A stretch of DNA of 64,000 nt, counting the filler, from Sphacelaria rigidula (Eukaryota), in assembly GCA_964200075.2 (NCBI GenBank). It is 9 parts of 9 records of this genome, joined end to end, with 100 filler letters (N's around TTAATTAATTAA, not from the genome) between each part and the next. Parts side by side here need not be neighbours in the genome. Positions count along the whole stretch, not along the records: positions 1 to 7,025 come from CAXNAA020016895.1; positions 7,126 to 14,150 come from CAXNAA020016896.1; 7 more parts are not named here. One strand, written 5' to 3'. Both the position numbers and the translations under genes were made by a program. This document shows positions 1 to 11,954 of the stretch, piece by piece. Positions within the stretch are counted from its first letter, which is position 1, and each line of letters begins with the position of its first letter. The notes beneath the pieces were generated by a model. It was not told where the DNA came from. It made no database searches and saw only the letters and a list, made by a program, of their open reading frames with translations.

Positions 1-156
1 GCCTATTCATACATCCGCTGAGCATGTCCATCCTCGGGTGGGCATGTTTGTCGGGTGGAGCGACTCGATGCGCAGCTCGAAACTAGAAATAGCGAAGTGT
101 ATGAATAAAAGGTTCCTTCCTGTCCTCTGGGGACAAAAAAAAAAAAGTTGTGCTTC

Positions 157-390
157 ATAACTCACTTTCCAGAAACTCACCGGTGAGTTATAACATCATC
201 ACTCAGCGGTGCCCATTCTGGCCGGGTGAGTTTTAATCTATTACTCACCTATGCATATATCTTGGTCAGATGAGTTATCAACTATAACTCAGTTATGCAC
301 ATGTTGGTCAAGTGAAATGTACAGTATAACTCAGCGGTGCACCTTCTGGCCACGTGAGTTATACAGCATAACTCAACGAACTCATGAGGT
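157..390. repeat. Tandem ~42-bp units, each bounded by inverted ATAACTCA...TGAGTTAT
   Basis: About 4-5 degenerate units, e.g. ataactcagcggtgcaccttctggccacgtgagttatacagc. Confidence 0.7.
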
Positions 391-1085
391 GTTCGATGTG
401 AAAGATTGCATGTTCAAACAAGTAAACTCCCTTCAGTATATAATCTATTGCCTATTGCAATAGATGCAACGTTGATCCTGTACGCAGTACACTTTCTGGC
501 CATGCCATCTATTGCACAGGGTGTGCACGAATAACTGACCCAAAACATGTACGAATCACAGCTTGTGTACGAATCGTGTGATTGATTCGTACATGTTCAA
601 TGTGGGTCGAATCACCGCTTTATCCGTCCAATTGAAATCATGCAGCAAAATTCCATGCAGAGCATGTCTGCCAGATAACGTACAAACTTCACTGCAAACA
701 AGCAGTGGAAAGTGGATGCATAGGCATATCTTTCAGTCGTACGTTCTGAAAACTTGATTATTTTCATCCTCGATCATCCTTTCGCGTCCCACGTCTAGTC
801 ATATGTACATAATGGCGCGTGCCTTGACCGAAAGCTAGCAAACTTGATGTTTCTGAGGTATCGCAGATGTACATGTCATCGATGAACTTAATGCAGAAAG
901 CGGCAGCGATGCGTTTCATTTTAAACACGGTATTGCCGTTGTTGGCGCAGATGAAGTGTAATTGCCACGAATTTCATCCGATTTGTCTCCATTGGGTTTT
1001 TACCGGATATATGGAGGTAAATCGTTTTCCCCTGTCTTTCATGTGCCGCCCCTCCCTGCCTCTCGGTGTTGTCTCTCGTGCTCAG

Positions 1086-2847
1086 GAGCTTGGAAAGACG
1101 AATGTGCCAACCTTGGAGGCGGGAGACGTCATCGAGGCCGACATTTGGAAGTCTAGGCTGGGCGGGAAGCAGGTGAACAAACTGTTTCTAAGGTTGGTGA
1201 TGTTGGTGAGCCTGTTACTTGCTGTTCTTGCGGTTATTACGGTGGTTGTGTGGTTCCCCTTTTCTGCCAAAATCCATGACTGTAACGTGTCGCGTTTTTT
1301 CCCGTGACGGCTATTTCATCGTCACTGGGGGTTCGTTTCGCAAAAGGCCGTGATAATTCTTTACCTCTTTGTTGGTCAGAAGGGCGTGAGGAATTCCAGT
1401 CACAACCTCACCTACCTGACTAATATTTTGTCGCTTTTTGCGGAGGTCCTGATGTTTTCTAGATGCATCCATACCTCTCGTTAATTTTGTGAGGGTGTTA
1501 TGTTGTTGTCGCAACATTATCTGCTCATCAGTTGCTCGGCGACAAACTTCCCATCAGTGAACTCGGATTTCCGCGTCTCTAGTCGCATGTCATGCGCAAG
1601 AAACCCGACGTTTCTGTAACGTGCATACTAAAATTGTGTTGAAATCTGCAGTGCCAAGCCAAGAACGTCCGCCTAATACGGTTTGGCGGGGTGCGGGAGG
1701 AGGGCGTGGTGCGGAGCTTGAGAGAAGGCGGCTTTGGCTTCATCCGACCCCTACAGGGAGGAGATGACGTTTACTTCCGGGTTGGCGATGTCTGCAGGCG
1801 AGTTTTTTCACCACCAACAACGATGGAACCAAACAAAGGAAGATGGACGAAAATGAATGAACCAGCCCGCGTTTTGGACTTGGTGTGTGAATTTCAATCC
1901 AGACGTGGCTGATCGTTGGTTCGATGACTCAAACAGTGGAGGTTTTTCGAGGAGGACGCAGCACAAGTACATGAGTTATGAAGAATTTTTCGACCACTGG
2001 AACCCGGAGCACTTGGACATAGTGAACGTCCCGTACACGAATTGCCCGATTTTTTAGCTTGGTATTGCCATGGCGTTGCCTAGTCCAGGGCACAGGATCA
2101 AGTGGTGCTGGTTCGCGGGGGCTAAGTTGGAATCGGATGCGGCTCTATTTTTTCATTGTATCTGTGCATAGCCTAGGCCAGCATAGAAAGCATGCAGTCG
2201 ACCGATTGTAAGAAATACTTTGGATTTCCTGTCGTGAGTATTTTCCCAACCTTCGGTCATTGTTTTGCAAACATATTTCCTCTGGTGGTCGTGGAAGAAT
2301 CCGGGGGCGTCTCCTACGCACACATGTTTTTACCCGCGTCATGCGTTTGGAGCACGAAGCCCCACATTTAACTTTCACCTGTACGACCTGTTGAAATAGC
2401 ATCGTGTGCACTTGAGGAACGACGGGGACCCGCATGACGCACCCAGGCGGGCGGAAGGTTAAATGGCGGATGTCAGCGTCGAATGTTCGCCTTACTGCAC
2501 TGAATCGTGTTGGTATTTTTCTGTCGCTTTTTTTTCGCGAAATGGGTGCCTTAGATATTGATTTCAATGAATGCCATAGCCCCGTCACGAGCCCCAGTAT
2601 CATATCGTAAGCTTGAGATGGAAACCTGCAGCATATTCGAGGAATGGAAAAAATCGACTTTGAAAGGTGATTGTAATACTGTAGTCCAGGCTTCGGCATG
2701 TCGATCGCTTTTTTTTTGCTACGTTGTGATGTTTGTCGGAACAGAAATCTGCCTGACATCATGGAGGGCTCGGAGGCGTTGTACACTGCCAAAGATTCAG
2801 ATAGAGGAGACAAGCAGCGAGGCGCTCGTGTGGAGATCCTTCCCAAG
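1086..2847 (+). CDS. Partial multi-cold-shock-domain RNA-binding protein, CSDE1/UNR-like; exons 1086-1172, 1652-1797, 2745-2847
   Basis: Spliced in frame: ELGKTNVPTLEAGDVIEADIWKSRLGGKQ|CQAKNVRLIRFGGVREEGVVRSLREGGFGFIRPLQGGDDVYFRVGDVCR|NLPDIMEGSEALYTAKDSDRGDKQRGARVEILPK. GFGFI and DVYF are CSD RNP1/RNP2-like motifs; end of one CSD runs into the next. Second intron has a GC donor. Flanking exons not identified. Confidence 0.75.
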
Positions 2848-5800
2848 GTGAGGTGTTTGTTTCAATATTGTCTTCGGCGCTGTTTTTTGTGCCCGCTTGG
2901 TTTGTGACTTTATCCTCTGTTCGATTCCAAGCCTTGCCTGTTGCTACCCCATTCCTGTACGAATCCTAACTTGTATTTTGTGGCTTTTCACAGGTGGCTG
3001 TTGAGATGGTTCACTAATGCCACGTTGTGTGGCGATATTTTTATGGTTTGTGAGCCAGTCGTGTCAAGGGCTGGAAGTGTGTGCTGTGTTGTCATCCCAT
3101 TTGTTCTGGACGCAAGACAGACTACACCTTTGGGTATAGATGATCGCGTCAGCCGGGGTCACAAAGGAGGAAGGCCAACACAGGAGTTTTCTTTTTCCTC
3201 TTGTTTTGTAGTACCCCCACCTGCCATCTACGGTGCTTGCTTTCGTTTTTCTCGCGAAAGGGGTTCAGCGATCCCTTCCGACCGCGAAGCCGAATTTTGT
3301 GCTCGAAGATAACGTAGAATATGACGTGTGCCTGGTACTACATCTGTCTGGGTAGAGCCCTCAGATTTGTCGAGGGAATGTCGAAACATGCTCCAGCCAG
3401 GTCTACCGAGTAGGTGACGTGGGATATAATGAATGTGTTGGTTGCTGTTTACAATGACGCGTGTTGGAGGTTGTCGCACAAATGTCATATCAAAACGTGA
3501 CTAGTGACAGGATGTACATTTTGTGCACTTGCGGACTGCGGGGGGGATGATGTAAAAGTACGCAGTGTCGGTGGGCCAGCCACGTGCAGCAACGCTCTAT
3601 TGCGAGTATTTTTTTCAAAGTCGCTATATGTCTCATCGGGGGTGTTGGATCGGGGTTGCGGAGTTCAGGACAAGATTTCAGTCCAACATATCACACTTTT
3701 TCGAAGGAAGTAAGCGCAACACTCGACCCTGCCAAGCAATCGGGAGTCGCACCACCGCTCTTGCTTCTTCGCATCAAGTGCAAATTTATATGCGTTGTGA
3801 CATGAATCTTGTTACGGGACAGCCCCCTCAAGTGAGACCTCATGACTCACTTGATATTTTAGTGTAACACATGTGGACGATGACGTGCTGTGTAGTCCAT
3901 GGCCGCAGATTTACCCTTGTCGCGGAAGTACAGAAGCGATCTTGTCCTTTCCTTAGCTTGTCTTTACACGAGAACGGAGGTCTGCATGTCGCTGGGTGTG
4001 AATGAAGAGTAATCGGCGGTCCGAACTTGTTGAAGATATGTTCATGGTTTTCTAATTTTCGCGATTCCCTCAAAATTCACGGTTGCCATGGATCATCTCT
4101 CATGTATGAGGAAAATGACCTGATCGTCATGGACTCATGATTGAACGCTCAAACGAACTGTTCCGCGCGCACGAGGGCCCATGTTCTCAAGAAAGATGGA
4201 GCGACTATGTTGAAAAGCATTCAAGGCGCACGCTCCAGTCAGGGTCTGAAAATTTTTGTTTTTCATCAAATATACTGCCGCAGAGATGTCATCCATGCTT
4301 ATTGCATCGATGTAGTGACATGCGATCGTCCATTGTTGTTACGTGGCTAGCTGGATTAACAAGACCAGGCGTAGCTTGCGGCGTGAGACCTGACGCGTCG
4401 CTTGCATGACCCGTGGGAGAGACGTAAAACGGGGGAGTTGAAACTACTGCCGTATCTAAACGTGACGGGGAAGTGTAGGCCTACACTGACGGAATGAGGG
4501 GAACGTGTTATCGGTATACGCCAACAAGGACGCTGCCAAGAAGGATACGGATGTGCGTTCGTTTCAGGAGTGGGTGGCTCTCATGTATGGATTTGCGACT
4601 GCTCACATCGTAAGCTACACCTGGTTTTGTTACTCAAGCTCGCCGCGTGACACCTTCCACAAACAATGGAAACTCCCGAATGATATGCAAGCTCTATATC
4701 CCAAGACGGTGCTTTTCCTGACCTGAAACGAAGTATATACGCATTCATTCATCACGTTTTGGCCGGCCTATGGTCCCTCGATCGCGTGGAAACTACTTCG
4801 GCGCCTTACATCGACTCTGTGGAGTCCCATCGCGCTGAGCGAAAAACATATTTTTTTCCGTTCAGTTTATCAATTATTACCCCGGAATTTCGCTCAGCCC
4901 TGTAAGCTTGGAGAGTCGCTGAAAGGCATGAAAAGATTTTCCATTCACATGAGGGGCTTTTTGTTTTCTTCTTTCACTTTCAGTCCCCCCCTCCTTAGGA
5001 CGAGTCCGTGGTCTCATCAAGAGATCAACTCATCTCTCCTCCGGTACCCACCTTGCATTGTGGGCCCGCGCATTAGATCATGACCACCAGTACTCCCGCA
5101 CCGCTTCGTCTCTCGTCTCAGTCGAACAAACTATTTGGTACCCATGTCCGGTCACGAGACTGTCTGCTGCTGTTGTTGCAAAAATACCAAACGCCTGTTG
5201 CCCCATCACTGTACGTCAACATACGTACGTCAGTTGCTACAGATTCGGGGGACCTCGATTTTCCACGGATCTGAGATCAGAGTCGTGTGAAACCGTTCTC
5301 AACTCGTGACAAACGAATCTGATCTTCCTCGATTTGGGCCAAATTGGGGTCCATACAATGCGTTTCCAAATAATATGTGTAATAAATGTCGGTTATGTCA
5401 TTCGTCTTTCACACTACGTTGCTCAGAAGTGAGGTTGACGACATGAAGGAGGCTCGTGTCAACGAACAGATTCGTAGAAAACGCACAAAGGAGAGCCAAC
5501 CAGAGCTTTTTTTGCGTTTGTTCTTCAGAGAAAAGGTTGGTCGACAGGTGGGCGTCTTGAAAACTACAAAACTACACATATACAGGCTAAGTTTGAAGCA
5601 GCCGGGTTGCCTCAGCTGGCGGAAATTTCACAAACTGCTTGACACACAAAACGATATGGATAAGTGGGCCCAACACAACCAGCGAGGATGGTGCATTCTG
5701 TCTCAGCACGCACCGTATGCTCCTCTTGTGTTTTTCCTCATGATGAGTGCTGCCGCACGCTGTCTGTTTTTTCGTTAGTCGAACAACGATGCCGTACGGA

Positions 5801-5861
5801 CAGTAATGGTACTGAACACATGACGACACCCCCAAAAAAACGCAACTTGACATGCAATCAG

Positions 5862-6824
5862 TGCAGTACGCATGTCGTCATCATCTGTCTCAGAGCAAGC
5901 CGCGTGCTTTACCTACTGGTGTGCTGTATGCACCCGCAAGCATCAGATAAGACGACCTTGCTGTTTAGCGCGACCTGCATCCTGTTACCAGCTCCAAGGT
6001 TTACCCTTGTGACTACCAGTGTGGGTCCCTCTGGTCACCTGGGCCTTGCACTCAATTTCCAAGTGATACTGCAGACACGCGATCCACCCTGGCGGTCAAG
6101 AGGTTGGAGTTATTCTGTTCGATTTTTGCGACCAAGCTGACCTCAACCACAAATTGCTTGTTTACGCACTGTTCGATGCGTTTTCATTGCCCTGAAGATC
6201 GGGTGACGAAGACATTCCGTAGAATTTATCCAAATATCTGCCAAACGCCCGAACGATGATCAACTTCCCACGGACATCTCTAGTTTATGTGAACAGTATG
6301 CGACTTGACCGAGCAGGGATAACAAGACACCCTTGAGGCGGAAAGTTCTCAAGCTTGCAGGAACGAACGCTTCGTTGCATACCACGCATTCGATGGTCCC
6401 GATGAATAGTGCAGGTCTTCAGTATCCCGAAACATGTGGGCGTTTGGCAGATATTTGAGAAAAGTGCACATGATGTCTTTCGTCACCCGATCTTTAGGGC
6501 AATGAAAACGCATCGAACAGTGCGTAAACAAGGAATTTGCGGTTGAGGTCAGCTTGGTCGCAAAAATCGAACAGAATAACTTCAACCTCTTGACCGCCAG
6601 GGTGGATCGCGTGTCTGCAGTATCACTTGGAAATTGAGTGCAAGGCCCAGGTGACCAGAGGGACCCACACTGGTGGTCACAAGGGTAAACCTTGGAGCTG
6701 GTGACAGGATGCAGGTCGCGCTAAACAGCGAGGTCGTCTTATCTGATGCTTGCGGGTGCATACAGCACACCAGTAGGTAGAGCACGTGGCTTGCTCTAAG
6801 ACAGGTGATGACATGCGTACTGCA
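5862..6824. repeat. Long inverted repeat (foldback); arms ~5862-6250 and ~6438-6824, ~190-bp spacer
   Basis: Arms are near-identical reverse complements; the ORF track gives the same peptide on both strands (5664+ and 6582-). Confidence 0.95.
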
Positions 6825-7025
6825 TGGACCGCATGGTGACGTGAGTCTCCTTCGTATCCTAAACCTCCGTCCGTCCTTGGGACTCAGTTTCTTAATGTCG
6901 ACAAGACGGCAGGTCTACCTGGAGATGTCAGGCGGTTCCCCAGGGAGGAAGGGATGCAGCTGTTGATCCGGTTGTCATCGAACCGCGTCGACCGCTCAGT
7001 TCTGGTGTGGTGCATCTGAAGCAGC

Positions 7026-7125
7026 NNNNNNNNNNNNNNNNNNNNNNNNNNNNNNNNNNNNNNNNNNNNTTAATTAATTAANNNNNNNNNNNNNNNNNNN
7101 NNNNNNNNNNNNNNNNNNNNNNNNN
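7026..7125. other. Artificial contig-joining linker (N44-TTAATTAATTAA-N44); also at 14151, 21276, 28401, 35526, 42651, 49775, 56899
   Basis: Identical 100-nt spacers with stops in all six frames, spaced 7125/7124 nt apart. Confidence 0.97.
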
Positions 7126-8482
7126 CGTGGTGTGCGGCGTGGGAGAGCCTGAACTCCGCACAGTGGGGATGGTGGTTGGCGGTAGTTCACCAGTATCACG
7201 GTCTTCAGGATTGGTACTGACCTGGATGCTTCGACGGTTGTGTTCCAACACTCGAAGAAATGCTGTACTCCCTCTAGGGCCCCATATACTGTTTATCCAT
7301 CCTCATGATTACTTTTTGGAGAATCCCAGGGGTAGGGTGGATCATCGTTGGTTCGAATAACCACGCCCCACCATTTCTGAAGCCTTATTGCTTCAAAGAG
7401 AGAAGAACGTTGACGGCGGGTCAAAAACATCCCCACGCAAAGTTTGTGTTAATCGACGTGCCTGGGGTACGAATCAATTAGGCTAAAAGCGATTCTTAGA
7501 CGAATAATTATCCATCCGATCCTTGGGAAATTCCAGGGCTCTTTACGTTACACGTCACACGTTCGTTACATATCAAAAACGTTACGTCACAACGGTGTGA
7601 CGTGACGTGACGTATCATTTTTCAAGATTTCACAAATGTGACGTGACGTGACGTATTTTTTATTGAGACGTCATGTCAACGTATTTCGAAATGTTTGTTC
7701 TAACGTGAAGCCTATTTTATACTTTACATGTTTGTGACGTCTAAATTAACGTCACCTACGTCACACGCTTAACTTTCACCACAATTAGTGCGAGATTCGT
7801 GGGCACACACATGTACATACAGGCATAGATGATACTCGTGTGATGTGATAAATGGGTTCAAGAAGCGTCTGCATACGTCATCATTATACGCACGCTATGT
7901 AGGCGCATGTTCAGCGTCACAGCATGCACCGCCGCACCACACCCAACCATAGAATTCGTGAACATCTGCAAACGTAGAAGCGAGCATCGAAAATCCAACA
8001 GTACGAGTTTCGAAAATCCGACAGGACGAGTTTCGGATTCCCGAATTAAAAAATCCAACTTCGGTAGCACAGACGGCGCGGGAGCGACATGTAACGCAAC
8101 AAGTAACAAGCGATGAGATACGGTAACGATGAGCGCGGCCCAGGGTTCCCCTTCAGAGTATGGCACCGCAGAGAGAGAGGATGCTGCAGGAGAGGGTTGT
8201 GTAGCAACGGGGGCTACTAGACCAGAGGGGGTCGCAGCAGCTGGGAGGGGGGTGTGGTATCCCAGCGAACACTGGGCACGCTCGCGATGTTGAGACTTTT
8301 GAAATTCAAAGGATGAAAAATCATTTCGCATAAGGATATATTTACCCTAAAAAACCCTGCGTTGTCCAGGCCTGTTCCGACGGGTCATACATAATTTCTC
8401 CTGACCCAGGGGTGCATGTGCGCGGCATTTGGATTGCCAACCTGGGAGTTGACAGGAGTCTTCCGCATTCGGACGGCGGTCT

Positions 8483-9118
8483 CAACCCTTAGACCGCGAT
8501 GCGGGTAGTCCATCCGGATCACACATACTTTTTTCATGCGAAATTGATGCCGATTCAGCGGGTGACCTACCCTCGTGGTCGAAGGGTTAGCCCGTGGATC
8601 GCGAGGGTAGTCCATCTGGACCACGCATAACTTTTTCGAGTGAAGTTGATGCCGATTCAACATGTGACCTTCTCTCGTCGCCTAAGGATCAAGCCTTTTG
8701 GAACCCACTGACGGTTCTTGTTCTTGTGACTCGGCTTCATTTTGACTTGAAAATGCCTGAAAATGATGCCAATTTACAAAAACAGAAATCGCCACTGGGT
8801 TCCAAAAAGGTTAATCCTTGCACCGCGAGGGTCGTCCATCTGGATCATTCATACTTTTTTCACGTGAAATTGATGCCGATTCAAAAGATGGCCTACTCTC
8901 GCAGTTAAAGGGTTAACCCCTAGACCGCGGTGAGGGTAGTCCATCCGGATGATGCATACTTTTTCAAGTGACTATTGATGCCGATTCAGCAGGTGACCTA
9001 CCTTCGCGGTCAAATGGTTGACCCTCAGACCGCGACGAGGGTAGTCTATCTGGATCACGCTTACATTTTCAAATGGAATTGATGCCGATTCAAAGGGCTC
9101 TCGCCGTGTAAGGGTTAA
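8483..9118. mobile_element. Head-to-tail array of five ~100-bp palindromic MITEs plus one different mini-element (~8694-8814)
   Basis: Units AACCC..GACCGCGAGGGTAG...CTACCCTCGCGGTC..AGGGTT joined through TTAA-like junctions; the interloper has TIR CCTTTTGGAACCCA/TGGGTTCCAAAAAGG. Confidence 0.8.
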
Positions 9119-9159
9119 GAATTCTGCACAGACAGCATATATATAGTTACGTATACGTG

Positions 9160-9563
9160 TAGCCGCGGTGCCCACCGGTGTGTGTCTGCATCTACTCTGC
9201 TGTCATGAATCCCTTAGGCTTTTTTTTTCTCTCCTTTTTTTTTTTTCTTTCACCATCGTTCCATTGTATTTTTTTATTTAATTTGTACTTTTTTCTTGTT
9301 TTCCTCTTTCATGCTTTAGGTCGGCCATTCCTTTCTACGCTTTGCTTGTGTTGAATTTTATTACTTTTTTTTTGTCACGACTTAGTCTGCTATGTCGTTC
9401 TGTTCGTCCCCTCTTTCTCTTTTTTTTTTCTGTTCCTTTTTTTTTCTTTTCCTTAGAGCGTGTTTGAATTCCGTTTTTCTTGGGTACGTACGTCCATCAT
9501 GAGACCACGGCTGGACCCCTGGGGGGTCAGTTAAAGTGCGACAATCAATCAATCAATCAATCA
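9160..9563 (+). mobile_element. Non-LTR retroelement (SINE/LINE) 3' end with (CAAT)n tail
   Basis: T-rich body ending ggggggtcagttaaagtgcga(caat)n; second copy at ~47660-48370. Confidence 0.65.
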
Positions 9564-9929
9564 GTAGTGTTAGGGCTGGAATGGGACCTGTGCACAGGGT
9601 GTCCAGGGTGATGGTCCTGTGTTGGAACTGCGTAGGGCTTTCACAGTTTCGCTACGCTGTAGACTCTACAGGTTACTTACAGGGATGCCACAGTGGCTTG
9701 ATCCTGAGAGGGACCCGCGCAGGGACTCACAGCACAAAAGCCTATGCAGGACTTCCGCAGGGTGCTCACAGGACCGGCGTCCTGTGCACAGGGGCCACCC
9801 GGAAATTAGGATACTGTGCAGGTTTTCCACGGTGAGCGCACAGGCTTCAATGCCCGTCACGAGCCTGTGACTGGCCTGCATAGTTAGCACCACTGCACAG
9901 GGATCTGCAGGGATCTTGAAGGATGATTC

Positions 9930-10507
9930 CAAGATTGTGTTCTGTAGGGTACGGTTCTCTGTATACCCGGGGTATTTTGCCGGGTATTTACCGTACCCGA
10001 CAGTTCTGTGACTTCTATAAGACTTTCATACCGGTACCCGACATCCTGTCATCTCTGTAAGACTTTCATACCCGTACCCAATAGTTCTGTAATTTCTGTA
10101 AGACTCCCGTACCGTTACCGGGGGGCACGGGTATGCTCTTGATGAGGTACCTGGTTGCCGGTACGGTTTTCTGTGCAACCTCCATACCCTACCCGACAGT
10201 TTCCGTGATTTCTAGGAGCCTCCCGTACCTTTACCCGACAGTTCTGTGAGTCCTGTACAAAAACTTCACCCTAATCCGAGGGTCGGATATGCCCTAAAAT
10301 AGTTACCCGATTGCCGGTACCGGTTTTCTGTAAGTCTCCCATACCGTACCCGACAAGTCCTGTAATTTCTGGAAGACTTTCATCCCAGTACCCGACAGTT
10401 ATGTGCACTCTGTAAGACTTTCATACCGGTACCCGATATTTCTGTAAGTTCTGTAAGGAATCTCATACCCTACAGGACGTACCCGTACCTTACAGAACAA
10501 GATCTTG
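9930..10507. mobile_element. hAT-type MITE with internal ~40-bp tandem repeats
   Basis: TIR CAAGATTGTGTTCTGTAGGGTACGG / CCGTACCTTACAGAACAAGATCTTG; perfect 8-bp TSD GATGATTC (9922-9929, 10508-10515). Confidence 0.88.
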
Positions 10508-11954
10508 GATGATTCACTGCCTGCCTGTTCTTTGGCTTTACTGTGATAACAAACCCCTGCAGAAAATGACCCTCCGTATACAGGTTGAAATTGCAATGTG
10601 TGAGTCAGGGGCGCATGAGCGATACACTAGCTAAACAGCATTATTACAATGTCAGAACAGCGATCAGAACGCACCTCATGCTCGAACAAGGCAGCCACCG
10701 TGAACCTCCCGTACCAAGTTACGCTACATGAAACGTTATAACGTCGTACATAGTGTTCACTTGCCCTCTCACGCGGTCGAGGTGTAACGTATTTTTTACG
10801 TCACACGTCACAAACGTACCGTATTTTTACGTTACACGTCACAACAAACGTTTCAAAGTACGTTACTGTGACGTGACGCGACGTATAATTTTTCAAGACG
10901 TCAGGCAAAATGAAGATGTACCGGGAAATATTCTGCCTAGTTATATTAAAGGGCGAAGCCGGCATCACAAGCCAAACCTCCCACACACAGATTAGGGTAA
11001 TCCAAAGTGAATTGAAAGAAGCGCGACTACGGCCGAGTGTTAAAACTCGGCACTAGCCCAAAATTGAAGAGCTCTCCAAAATCAGACGGAAGACTAAAAC
11101 ATGGGGCATGTCCTGCTTCACTACTGTACCGTAGCAAAAACACTCAAGCCCTCTCTCATCTGTTGGAGCTTCCACTGTCTGTACTGTTGTAGTGTGTTCA
11201 CGCATTGCGAAGACGGTTTGGACTGCATGAGCTGCGGTATTGTCGTTGTGTTCGTCTCTGCAGAAAACCATGTTAGTCGGCACGCAGTGCTGGCTGCACA
11301 CTGTTGAAACTTCATGGGTGTGGTGGCTGTTTCGTCTTCGGTAAGACGGACAACGCGCTGTCCATTGCTGCGACACTCCTGCTGGTGCTGTGCGTTGGAG
11401 GCCTGTAGGATACTGTACTACTGAATTGTGTTCAGTACACTACTCTGTACTATTTATGATACTGTCTTGGGTCGGAACGCGCTACGAGATTAGACCACAC
11501 GAACACTAGGTTTCAAACTAAGCCCCTGGCGATTCCCATGCGAAACGGAGCGATCTGATTGGTAGTTACCGAGCAAATCTGTCCCGCTTCAGGTGCAGTC
11601 TACCAGACGTCACAAGTGTGACGTGACGTGACCTTTTAAAATTGTGACGTGGCGTGACCCGTTATTTTCAAGACGTCGCAAAGTGTGACGTGACGTGACG
11701 TGACGTATAATCTTTTAGACGTCACATTTGTGAAGTGACGCGTAGAGTGTAACATAAAGAGCCCTGCAAAATTCGAGTAATGCGGTTATGTTTTTTTATT
11801 CCGCTCCATAGTCACCACCCATCAACAACCAGTCTAAAACGGATTTCTGGTCCTTTGTCCTTTACCTGTGCTCGCTCGTCAGCTCCGGTTTCTGGAAGGT
11901 TAATCCACCGGTGCTGGTTTGTGTCGTTTTCCATCTAACACGAAATGGACTCAC

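Larger units (their letters stand above)
7534..11766. mobile_element. Non-autonomous hAT-like DNA transposon (~4.2 kb) carrying nested elements, probably in a MUS81 intron
   Basis: TIR CAGGGCTCTTTACGTTACAC (7534) / GTGTAACATAAAGAGCCCTG (ends 11766); degenerate 8-bp TSD ggaaattc/caaaattc; (GTGAC)n subterminal blocks at ~7540-7770, ~10715-10910, ~11605-11750. No transposase recognised. Confidence 0.8.

Noticed and set aside
2145-2846. 233-aa minus-strand ORF
   Set aside because: No recognisable motifs; overlaps the CSD gene intron and exon in antisense.
7070-7081. TTAATTAATTAA palindromes recurring every ~7125 nt
   Set aside because: Embedded in N runs; artificial contig linker.
8483-9118. 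CRISPR-like appearance of regular palindromic repeats (also 157-390)
   Set aside because: No unique spacers, no cas genes, eukaryotic context.
11053-11376. Cys/His-rich ORFs inside the hAT-like element as a transposase BED finger
   Set aside because: No correct motif spacing or DDE domain in the frames read.
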